Of a stretch of 64,000 bases of DNA, positions 1 to 10,421 are shown in pieces. This stretch comes from Octopus sinensis. Its lineage: Eukaryota. The DNA is taken from NCBI RefSeq assembly GCF_006345805.1, contig NC_042997.1:165354001-165418000 (forward strand), written 5' to 3'. The position numbers and the translations under genes are program-made. The notes under the pieces were generated by a model, which ran no database searches, was not told the DNA's origin, and saw nothing but the letters and a program-made list of their open reading frames with translations. Position 1 is the first letter of the stretch, and every line of letters starts with the position of its first letter.

Positions 1-1190
1 GATTAGGAAGGCTGCTGTCAACATTGTCTGTACACTCATTTGTGGCTGATAAGGATGATGTGGGATTGGCATATCCAATAGCAATGATGACAGGAATGGT
101 TGTTCAGGGTCTGATAATGCAGCCACATTATTTTTTCATCTCTGATGTTGGTCTCCAAGAGAGGCACTGCAGGAGATCTCAAAGGAGGAAACAACATCAC
201 TGATGGTATGGAACCAAGCGACATGGTCAGCTGTTAGAGTGGACCAGTCAAGATAATATCACAAATGCTACAGGACTGCTTCAGGCAGTCCTTGTAACGC
301 CTCCTTGGTGTCCCTCCCCCATTGCGGTGGCCAGTGGTGAGCCCACCATACATGATGATCTTGGGTAGGTGTTATTCTTTCATCCTGCCAATGTGCCCTG
401 CTCAATGCAGTCATGTCTCAAATAAAATGGCTTCCAGGCTGGTGACCTTTGCTCACTCAAGGACCTCAGTGTTGGTGATGCAGTCATTCCAGTAAATGTT
501 GAGGATGGTAAGGAGGTAGCTTTGATGAAAACATTCAAGGAGATCGAGATGACAGCAGTAAGGGACCCAGGACTCAGAGCCATATAGGAGCATCGTGAGA
601 ATGACAGCCCTGTAGAAGCTGATTTTAAGATGCCTGTTCCACACACGCTTATACAGTCTGCCAAATGCTTTGCCTTTGCAAGTCTTGTCAATTCCTTTGT
701 CAATACTCACATCTGATGAAATGGTACATCCAAGATAAGTGAACTGTTGTACAAACTTCAGTTCTGTTTCAGCAATGGTGATGTGGGGTGGGCTGTACTC
801 TTCCTGAGGAGCTGGTTGATGTAGGACTTCAGTTTTTTCAAGAGTGGTATACAGGGTCCACATAGTCACCAGACGCTGGTTGGGTGAGCACCAAACTGGG
901 CTAAAACTTCCAATGAGTGATGCAAACCCCAAGGCCTACTTCCACCTTGTGGTACCAACTGGATCTCAACCAAAAGGAGAGGACGACTGCAGGTGTCTGG
1001 CAAAGCATAACCAGGCTGCTCTGAGCAGATGGGGCTCGTTAGCCATGATCGGCATCTTGTCTAGAACACACTGATATAAAATCTACGACTCGACAACCTC
1101 TGTCCTCGTCTCAGCTTGCTGGGCCACAGCAGATGAACCCCAGGTGTAAAGGGTGGGGTCAGTTCTGCACAGACTGCATTTCACCTTAAA
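1..1190 (-). mobile_element. RTE (BovB-like) LINE, degenerate 3' fragment
   Basis: ORF 453..932 has RTE RT C-terminal motifs (VQQFTYLGCTISSD, KAFGRLYKRVW, YRAVILTMLLYGSESW). ORF 36..224 ends in the Cys/His motif CHHCYWICQSHIILISH. Frameshifted. Confidence 0.85.
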
Positions 1191-2177
1191 ATTTGAGACT
1201 GTCAATCTTAAGTAAATATGGTATGTATACCTGTGTGTCTACTAGAAACCTCAAAAGCAACCTTCAAAAGCAGCAAGAAAATATCATCACACTATACTGC
1301 CCTCAATTTTACTTCAATTGTTGGGTTTTCTACCACGAAGGACCTCTCCTGGTGAAACATCTTTAACATAGCTAGGACTGCATCCTAACTGGATTTTTTC
1401 TTTTGATCAGAGCCAGAAGATACTTCTGCTCCTAGCAATTTATCAATTATATATAAAGCTCAGATGAAACCAGTGCTGCAGTTGCAGACAAACAACCAAG
1501 ACTGCATCCACAAAAAAACCCACCATACTGAATGACAGAGTCACTCACAGATACATCCTAGCTTCTGGACAACAAGTGAGTGAACTGTTTTTGAAATTCA
1601 AATCCTAAATGGACTAAGCATATAAGTGGTATCTGAGCTGACACTGGAGATGGCAAAACACTGCCTTTTCTACCTTAACTCTAATTCTGGCATTCCTATC
1701 TCACTAGTGTCCCCTTTCATCACTCTTGTAGTGTCCAACTTTCTCAGGCTCAAAGCTCTTCACTAAGTCCAGTTCTTAGAATGCCATCTCTCTGGAACAC
1801 CTCTGTTCATATCTTTCCTGCATTTATTGAGATAACCAACAGGAATATTAATAGCATCTATGTCACTTATCTGAGAGCTTACAAAAGCCATGGGTAGTTT
1901 GCCCCTTCCTTCAGACCCAGCAAGTAAAAAAAAAAAAAATGAGCCTTTTAGTCGTATTATGTGGCACTTGTTTGGCAAACAGTCAAACAACAGAATGGTT
2001 TAATAAGATGCCATCAATAAAATGTTTAACTTCCTTCAATATACCAATAATTAAATCCAGAAATAAATATATAGTGTGCTTCAATTCTGCTGCAATACGA
2101 AGCGAAAATTGTATTTAGCATCAAATCGATTTAGATAAGATATATTGAATTTACTTCAGCTTTTACTTATTCTTATT

Positions 2178-2500
2178 TGTACTTGTTTCAGTCATTCAAC
2201 TGCAGCCATGTTGGGGTATTGCCTTGAAGTGTTCAGTCGAGCAAATCGACCCCAGTATTTTTTTTCCGTATAGTCTACTCGGTCTTTGTTGCCAAACAGG
2301 CGGTAGAGAAGCACATACACACATAATGTGTGTGTGTGTATATAAATATATATATATATATGTGTGTGTGCGTGTGTATGTGTACACATACACGGCGAGC
2401 TTCCGCACAGTTTCCGTCCTTCAGATTCACACACGGGCTGATCGGCCCGGAACTATAGTAGACATTTGACCAACCACGCAGAAGTAAAGCGAACTTGAAA
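2178..2500 (-). mobile_element. tRNA-derived SINE (family S2)
   Basis: Starts tacttgtttcagtcattcaactgcagccatg; same family as 41158-41530 and 7192-7940, with an internal microsatellite. Confidence 0.75.
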
Positions 2501-2879
2501 ACAGAAAAAGTGAAAACCAGAAAATTCGACCAGCTTCAAGTTAGAAACCAGAATGATAAAGCAGGAACAAAAACAATTAGATTTTTTTTAGTTTTTCAAA
2601 CTTCCAAAGACCGATATATGAATAATTAGTGGGATTAATCGTGGGGCGGGGACATCAAAGAGTTCAGCGTGTTAACATCAACCATGTCAGTTGGTGGTTG
2701 TTATTTAGCCGTAAGTCAACCCTGACCCAGCAGACATATGATCAAAGGCACTCCAGCTGTGTTCTTCATATCCTTTTATGAGTGCCAAGGACTCCGGTTA
2801 TCTCATGGAGTCGTTTAATTTTTTAAGACGTAGAAAAGGCAGAGCGAGAAGGCAGCACGTATTAGAGGGTAAACTGGTT

Positions 2880-3560
2880 ACTGTTTCTCGTGCAAACGAC
2901 GCGCAGAAACTTCTGAAAGTAATGTAAAACTATTCTATCAAGCATCGCATCTCACTTGTTTTAAAAACGCTTTATCTGTTTTTCTTTCGTTAACGAGTAA
3001 ACTACACAATTTCCAATAGTTTGTTTAGTATACATACTCAGTTCAATAATTTATCTCACGTCCTGCGGTCAGGAGAGCAATATTCCCTACATAAGTTACT
3101 CCACTACACAGGGTTATTTACCCGCGGCGCGACGCCTTAGTCTCAATTTGATGGAAGGAAGATGCAGTTAGCAGACCGAATGACGCCGGAGTTCTAAGGA
3201 ATTACTGGCGCGAAAAGAATTCTGTCCGTGGAAATTACTCGTACGTTGTCATGTGCTGCTCTTCAGTATAACAGCATTTCCCGGGTTTAACCGAAGTGAC
3301 AACATCAGCACCACAACACGTGGCATCTCAAATGAGCGAAATACCCACCTCGACCGCCCGTATGGCACCCGTTGTCGCAGTCGATTATAAACAAATACAA
3401 ACATTTATTTTCTAATTTGTTTAACGAAGAATAGCAAATACATTTGGGTTCTTAAATGTAGGTTTTGTTTTCTATCTAACCGAGATACGAGGGACCAAGA
3501 ATGTTCTTTTATCGCATCCTCGCAAGAAATCAATATATATTTTTAGTCTAGAATATTTTC
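2880..3560. promoter_or_regulatory. CpG-rich unique segment, candidate promoter/first-exon region
   Basis: About 24 CpG in 3061-3390 versus about 15 in 1-2090 (eye counts). Not a recognisable repeat. Confidence 0.4.
3349..3404 (-). CDS. Candidate first coding exon (MFVFVYNRLRQRVPYGRS...) of an unidentified gene
   Basis: ATG at 3404, 56 nt open, then donor-like GAG|GTGGGT at 3348. Arg-rich, acid-free peptide. No downstream exon identified. Confidence 0.25.
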
Positions 3561-5253
3561 CTTATCTACATTAAAAAATCTTACGTGAACGAAACTAAAA
3601 TTCTCTATGCAAAGAGAACCATTATATTTACGGAATTTCACTAAGGGTAGATTTCGTTAGAAAAATGGAATCACAAATGGTGGTAATGAAATGCTCCAAA
3701 CATGACTCGACTATTGTATGTTGCTGCACTGTCTTATATTAACCATTACATCATTTCATCGTGTTAGTTCAGTCAGATCAATCAGTCAAAAGCTTCATTC
3801 AAACTTAAGAACCCTCATTTAGAAATATACTCCCCACCACAATTTAACTGCACGGTGAGAAGTTTGAAATTTTTTATATAAATAAAATGAAAAAAAAACT
3901 TGCTTAAATTAAAACGGACTATATGAAAAAAAAAACGAACAACTTTGGTATTTCTAAGAAAAAGCAGACTGCATGAAAAGTAAATAATTAGGTAGATTGA
4001 GAACAGACATTAGAATTAAAGTCTACAAATATATGAATTAGAAAAAGCGACCAATGTCTTTAGGAATGAAAATTTGTAGAATATTTCTTCACACAATGAA
4101 GTATATATTTAAGAAAAGCAATCTACAGAAATGTCTTTTGAAATAATTTTTGATTTCTAACATACGCACAAGGCTACCAAATTTTATAGTGAAAGGTATA
4201 GAGTTTCTCACACTGATCCAGTATTAGACTGGTACTTAAGCAACTTAAAGAATCAAAGGTAAAGTACAGACCCTGACGAAAAAAATTCAAACACTAGATA
4301 TTAATTAAAATAAAACATTACTCATTTAACATGTTATTACATTTCGCTGTTGGATCCGAAATAGGTTAGGTCATTATATATTTTTGATTACGCTCACCAA
4401 ATAATTTCCAAGTTAAAACCAGCTGTTCGGAGTTAGGACATCAATGTAGGAATTGAAGGGGTGGTTCCAACATTTAACACTGATGTATTCGTTGCATCTT
4501 AAATAAGTTCGGTGAATTCAACATGCCATTAATAGAGTATTTATTCTCACAAGGTTTAATCGTATAATTGTCTGAGACAGTGTAAATAATTGTATGAGTT
4601 TATAATAGAAATGGAAGGAATTTTAGAAAATATTTCATATCGTTCACATAAGAAAAAGAAATTCCACAAAAGTTTTAGTTATAGAATCTTAATTATTAAA
4701 AAGCACATCAGTATTTTAAATTGTTAAATATATATGAGAGTACGAAATTTATAATTGCATCACAATTATGGATATTTTGTACTCAGAGTAACTAAGTGGT
4801 GTGAGAGAGTATATTTATAAATTCGAGAATGAAAGAAAAAGAAAATTCTCACCTTCTTAACAACATCACTGTCGGGAGTGAACAGTTGTAGAATGATATT
4901 TTCAAGTTCGAAAGCCATGGTAATTGGTGCGCAAAAAATGTTAGTAATGCAACGTTTAGAAGGAATTAGAGTTTTAGTAATTAAGATTGTCTATCTGTGG
5001 TGTTGGTCACCGGTTAAATATTCATGTGGAATATATAGTACTTCAGCAGATAAAGAGTGAGAGTCGTTTAAAGGGAAATCACTCGTCATCAACTTCTAAA
5101 ACTGGCTCTGATGCGAAAAATAAACGTTATGTATTGATCCAAATTTGATATATAACATCCAAACAATATATATTTATTAAAATTTAAATATGTGCGATAT
5201 ATATGTATTATATATATTTATGTGCATATTATGTAAATGATTTTAAAAAATCC

Positions 5254-5259
5254 AAAAAA
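5254..5259 (-). terminator. Pol III terminator (T6) of tRNA-His
   Basis: Run of six T on the minus strand, 10 nt after the discriminator base. Confidence 0.8.
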
Positions 5260-5269
5260 CTTAGTAGCC

Positions 5270-5341
5270 TGCCGTGACCAGGATTCGAACCTGGGTTACC
5301 ACGGCCACAACGTGGGGTCCTAACCACTAGACGATCACGGC
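5270..5341 (-). tRNA. tRNA-His-GTG: tRNA-His (GTG)
   Basis: Reverse complement GCCGTGATCGTCTAGTGGTTAGGACCCCACGTTGTGGCCGTGGTAACCCAGGTTCGAATCCTGGTCACGGCA: 72 nt, full cloverleaf, A and B boxes, matches the invertebrate tRNA-His I know. G-1 is not encoded, as expected for Thg1 addition. Confidence 0.97.
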
Positions 5342-6501
5342 TACCAGGCTACTGACAACCGGGAGATTAAAATATATAGAATCATTATTACACGTTGAAA
5401 CGTTGGCTGCTGTTGAGTGTTGTTTTGGTTCTCTTCTAACTGTGTATTGCAATTGATATTGCGACTGAATTTACTTAAATATTTCTCATTATTTCGTATT
5501 TGAATCATTAACATGAAAGCTAATATTTGACATAATTGTTACTTGTGATATATATAATCTGTTAAAAAAAAACACGTATTAATTATATGATTATATGATA
5601 AGTATAATTTTTTTTTTTTGGTTAAGTTATTTAAAAAAAGGAACGAGGTTCTTTTCTTTCTAATTTCTTTTTATATGTGATAGTTTCATAAACATTTCAC
5701 TTTCTTGGTTTCATTTCTTGATTCGACTTCTTTACGTTTTATATTTTAGTATTGATCAAATAATTTCTAGTTAAATATTGACGTTTATTCACTCGCTATA
5801 GTTAATTTGTGGGATTAAGTGACGTCAATTTATATATTTATTAAACCAGTAAAGTAAATAGATTGGGTGGGGAGCACTGTTTAATCAGAAAAAGAAAGAA
5901 GGCAACTATGTTGATTCTTTATTTTACCGGTGTCTCCAAGACTGATGGGACGGAAATCGAAAGTTATCCTCAAACGAGATGCAACCAAAATTAAATAAAC
6001 AGAGAGAACTCTGCCAAAAGCAACCAAGGATCAAGTGGTGGTGTTTAAGGGGTTAAGTCTACCACCCAGGAACAGAGCACTTGGAACTGGAACAAATACT
6101 GCAAGGCATTTTGTCCTACGGTTTAACTAACTGTCTTTACGTCGCCTTTTAGTCTGGTAAATGTAAAGTTTAGCGTGCTTTAGTCTTCTTTTCTCTACGG
6201 ATATAAATCGACGTATTTGACTGGTAATCTATTTCTTCGACCCCATATCAACGTAGACTTAACCAGCAATACCCTTTCTACGCAAATACATGCTGTTGAA
6301 ACTGCGTAAGAATTTTTTATTAACACTATTGTCTGATCGAAGACTCGGTCTTCGATGCAAAAAACTGTTGCTAATTTTCTTGACGTCTTTCTATAAGTGC
6401 TTCTGGGTAAGTATAGGATAACATAATTACTGCCAGAGTATGAAGACTACATTGTATACGAGAAGTGTTGCTGTCTGAACTTTGATTTACATCGATCATG
6501 C

Positions 6502-6637
6502 ATTTGTTACCGCATAACTTTCTGAATAAAGCCTGAATTTGTTACCGCATAACTTTCTGAATAAAGCCTGAATTTGTTACCGCATAACTTTCTGAATAAA
6601 GCCTGAATTTGTTACCGCATAACTTTCTGAATAAAGC
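6502..6637. repeat. 35-bp tandem repeat, 3.9 identical copies
   Basis: Unit atttgttaccgcataactttctgaataaagcctga starts at 6502, 6537, 6572 and 6607 (last partial). Confidence 0.95.
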
Positions 6638-7191
6638 TATATCTTAAAAAATTTTGTTGAGAAACGTTTTCGAATTTGTAGACTCTGATTACCTAGATTA
6701 TTATTTTCCTTTTTTTTTTAATATTACCTTTTTATTCAGACTTCATACCTTTATAATCAATCAATAATTTGAGCATGAAGCGCATAATAAAAATCTACAT
6801 TGTGTCATTATCAACATAAGATTGACAGGCATGATGAAGCAGTTTCTGAGTTTACTTTTAGCCTACTACGAAGCAAAAGTATTCAGTCACCCGCAACTGG
6901 AATATCTCTATTTTAAAAGGATAGAGGTAACATTGGACTATCTAGTTCTAGACACATCATGGAAAAATTTGAGGAAAAAAAAAGACCCACAAAAAAAATC
7001 AAAACCAATAACAACTGCAGATAGATAAAATACACTCTGTACCCCTGGACCCAATTCTAACCGTAACTTACATATTTAAAAATTCGAAACTTATTGCCAT
7101 TTAATCGCAGAGTTATGACCCTCTAATATTAACTTAGAATGGAAGAGATATTGCTGGTTAAGTCTACGTTAATATGCCTCCTAATTTTTCT

Positions 7192-7940
7192 ATTACCTGT
7201 TTCAACCATGAGACTGCGACCATGTTGGAGCACCACCTTGAAGGGTTTAGTCGAGCAAATCACCCCCAGTACTTAATTTTTAAGCCTGGTGGAAATTCTA
7301 GTTTAAGCACCTCATACAATTCCCTCAAATCCTTTATTTTTTAGAATTTTCAGAATTTTTTTGCGAATTTGTGTTCTATATGCAGGAATTCATACAATTA
7401 AAAATAATGTTTTCTTTTTAATTTTTTTAACCCCCATCCCCATAAATCCTAAAAGCTCCACTCTTTTTCGAATATTTTTTTAGAATCAGTTTAAAATACG
7501 TACAGTCCGAATTTTTTTTTTTTTAATTCCAGCAATGGACCACCCTTGGTGCATCATCATTCCATTAAATGCGTGTATGGGGAGAAAAATATTGAAAAAC
7601 ATCGATACATGTCAGAGTGATAAAGAAACGAAGGTGGTTGTGAGATGTGCTAAAAATAACACCATAAACATCCTTAAATCACACACAAAAGTTTTGTTTG
7701 TTTGCTTTTATAATCGTATGAATTCCCGTGTATAGAACACAAATTGGCAAAATTTTTCTGAAAATTCCAAAAGATGAAAAAAAAATTATGAGGGTTATAT
7801 GGAGTGCTTAAACCCGAATTCCGCCAAGCCTGGTACTGATGCGGTCATTCGTATTGTGGAACCGCTAAGTTACAGGTACATAAACAAACCAACACCGTTT
7901 GTCGAGTGGTGATTGGGGATAAACACAGACAACACACACA
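7192..7940 (-). mobile_element. SINE S2 interrupted by a MITE
   Basis: S2 sequence either side of 7288-7825 rejoins at aagcctggtac. Confidence 0.7.
7288..7825. mobile_element. MITE with ~110-bp imperfect TIRs
   Basis: Left ggtggaaattctagtttaagcac...aggaattcatacaatta mirrors right taatcgtatgaattcc...gtgcttaaacccgaattccgcc. Flanked by aagcct. Confidence 0.8.
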
Positions 7941-7969
7941 CACATTTCAAAAAAATTTTATATCTTGGA

Positions 7970-8031
7970 TATAGTCACCCAAGGTTTCGCATCTACAGGG
8001 CTTTGCTTTGTGGACAGCTCGTCAGACTCTA
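7970..8031 (-). ncRNA. Type I hammerhead ribozyme, probably inactivated copy
   Basis: tagagt CTGACGA [stem II] GAAA ccttggg TG actata. The triplet is GUG and stem I has a mismatch. Confidence 0.7.
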
Positions 8032-9221
8032 TATAAATATAGAGCTTAAAATGCGTCGTAGACGTTAAGAAACGTTCAGACCTCGAGGATTACGTCCTCG
8101 CAAAAAAAAAACCCTTAATGAGGACAGGTTATCTCCCGATCAGAAGAGCAAAAATCCCTTATAGACCCGAAGAGGCCTAAATAGGAAACAGGGAGATCCA
8201 ATTTTCCAGTAAGTAACGCTTGAAGTGAATACATTTAGAAAACACTTCTTTACGGTCGTTTAATGCGCCAGGTTTCTTATAGTCCTTAAGAATTTTGGCT
8301 CTCCCCGCGATGCAGACCTTGCAACGACCACTTCCATTAATATATGGGCCCGGATGATCAATTAGTTTCCACCTGATATCACACGGGGGCCTTTGATCTT
8401 TGAGGTGTCATAGATGGCGGGCCAGGGACGTGTGACAAATCGTCTTTCTGGGACTCTGAAGGATGACTAGCTGTTAAGAAAACGTCGCTTAAACGAAGTA
8501 CTTACAGAACCAATATATTTACACACATGGGATGTGGCCCTATTCGCACCCCTGGTAACATATGGCGCATGGCTGGTCATCCCACGGATGTCGAAGATAA
8601 ATATTGGGTTATCCTCTGAGGCGGCGGAACTGGGAACAGCAAATACTTCCTCCAAGTCGTTGGTCCTGGACAGGTCATTATCTCTAGGTACGGCTTTTTT
8701 TTTATTGGTAGTAACATATATTGCAGGCCTAGCCACTCTATCTATATCTATGGTTTGTTCATTATCCGTGGCGGTGGTACCGGGGTCTTCGGTGATGCTG
8801 GTCCCGGATTGGCTATTATCTCTGGGCGTCGCAGTTGTATTGGTGTGAGAACTTGTTAATCTGCTAATAATATTGCTGTTCGGCGGTACATTACTGTTAT
8901 TGGGGATATCAGGTCCAGGTATCACCATAGCCTTATAGATGATTCGGCCTCCTTCAAGACAGTTACTATATACCCTGCAAGAGCAAACTGCATCCTCCCT
9001 TCTATTGTGGGCACTTGCTAAAATGTACTTACTGGAAAGTTGGATCTCCCCGTTTCCTAGTTAGGCCGCTTGGAGGTCTATGAGGGATATTTCTCCCTCT
9101 GGTCCAGGGGAGATAACCCGTCCTCATTACCTCTTTTTTTTTATTTTGTTAAGACGTAATTCTCAAGTTCTGAGCTTTTCTTCACATCTGCGACGTAGAT
9201 ATTTTAAATTTTGTATTTATA

Positions 9222-9283
9222 TAGAGTCTGATGAGCTGTCCACAAGGCTTTGCTCTGTGGATGCGAAACCTTGGGTAACTCTA
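9222..9283 (+). ncRNA. Type I hammerhead ribozyme with intact core
   Basis: Stem I tagagt/actcta; CTGATGA; stem II gctgtccaca...tgtggatgc; GAAA; stem III ACC-ttg-GGT; GUA cleavage triplet ending at 9277. Confidence 0.85.
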
Positions 9284-9350
9284 AATCCAAAATATAAGAT
9301 TTTGTTGAAGTGATATAAATATATTTAAATATAGGATAAAATCTCTATAA

Positions 9351-9472
9351 GAATTTATCAAGTAGTTAGCGTGAAAAACACCAAAAGAGAAAAATCCACC
9401 AATTTTTCTCTTAAATATATTTATCTATATTATACAGAGGGCATTAATATACATAAATGCCACATGCTAGCT
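9351..9472. other. Structured motif copy A (see findings)
   Basis: Outer stem agttagcgtg/catgctagct; inner hairpin gggcatt...aatgcc. Confidence 0.5.
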
Positions 9473-9924
9473 TCGAGAGTTGCATTCACTCGCTTTCGGT
9501 ACGATGTGTTTTTATTTTTATTTTAGTAGTTTTGACTTTAAGAGTCCCTCCTATAGAGTTTGTGTGTGTGTCTGTGTGAGTGTGTGTGTTGATGAGTTTT
9601 GAAAAGTGAAACAATATATAAGTTAATCGTAAGCTTTCTTTTAACAACTAGGCGAACATAACTCGAAAATAAATTGTCAAAGTTAATAGTTACTCCCCTT
9701 GGAAATGACTGCTTATTTTCCTTGAATCAAATATATGCTTATTAGCAATAAATTATTAATATGAGTTTCTTTGCAGATGTAATTTTTTTTTCTAATGGAA
9801 GAATGAACTCCATAAAGTTTCTCTCCAGTTCCACCACTTTTTTCTTCTAATTTTAGTTTACATGAAGGAAAAATTGAGTCCATAACTTTGGTAAGCGCTC
9901 CCAGATTAGAGAAAGAGCAACATA

Positions 9925-9934
9925 TGTGTGTGTG

Positions 9935-9985
<51 letters not shown>

Positions 9986-10058
9986 TTGTATAAATAGGTA
10001 TATGTGTATGTGTGTGTATATATATATATATATACATATCCTTGTATATATAGGTATA

Positions 10059-10100
<42 letters not shown>
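9925..10100. repeat. (TA)n/(TG)n compound microsatellite
   Basis: Seen directly. Confidence 0.95.
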
Positions 10101-10104
<4 letters not shown>

Positions 10105-10109
10105 TATAC

Positions 10110-10415
10110 GACGATAAACGTCGCCCTTTTCAAGCCTATCCATGCTCATGGGCCCGGTTTCTGTGGCGAATGTGTTTCCACCAGCTGGACAGGACGCCAG
10201 TCCATCGCAGTGTTACTCAAGAAACAGGAAGAAAGAGTGAGAGAAACTTGTGGCAAAAGAGTACAACAGGGGTCACCACAACCCCCTGCTGGAGCCTCGT
10301 AGAACTTTTAACTGTTTTTGCTCAATAAACACACACAACGCCCAGTCTGGGAATCGAAACCGCGATCCTCTGACCGCGAGTCCGCTGCCCTAACCACTGG
10401 GCTATTGCGCCTCCA
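10110..10415 (-). mobile_element. tRNA-derived SINE, head A + tail 1
   Basis: Head ggaggcgcaatagcccagtggttagggcagcggactcgcgg...ggtttcgattccc carries A and B boxes. Confidence 0.85.
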
Positions 10416-10421
10416 CTTATA

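Larger units (their letters stand above)
7943..9310 (-). mobile_element. Penelope-like element fragment with inverted ~280-bp pseudo-LTRs
   Basis: Minus strand ~8530-8190 translates KYIGSVSTSFKRRFLNS*SSF...IRWKLID...CKVCIAGRAKIL...LNDRKEVFSKCIH, a PLE GIY-YIG endonuclease C-terminus. 7943-8215 and 9025-9310 are inverted homologues. Confidence 0.85.

Noticed and set aside
1763-1990. 75-aa ORF as a possible exon of the candidate minus-strand gene
   Set aside because: No recognisable domain and no convincing splice pair.
6502-6637. 35-bp repeats of CRISPR-like length
   Set aside because: Units are contiguous with no spacers, there are no cas genes, and the context is eukaryotic.
8534-8848. Hydrophobic 104-aa ORF resembling a membrane protein
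   Set aside because: Antisense shadow of the N/T/D-rich PLE ORF.
10340-10415. tRNA-like sequences with A/B boxes (also ~16980-17045, 25200-25265, 27095-27156)
   Set aside because: No acceptor stem; they continue into SINE bodies, some with TSDs.
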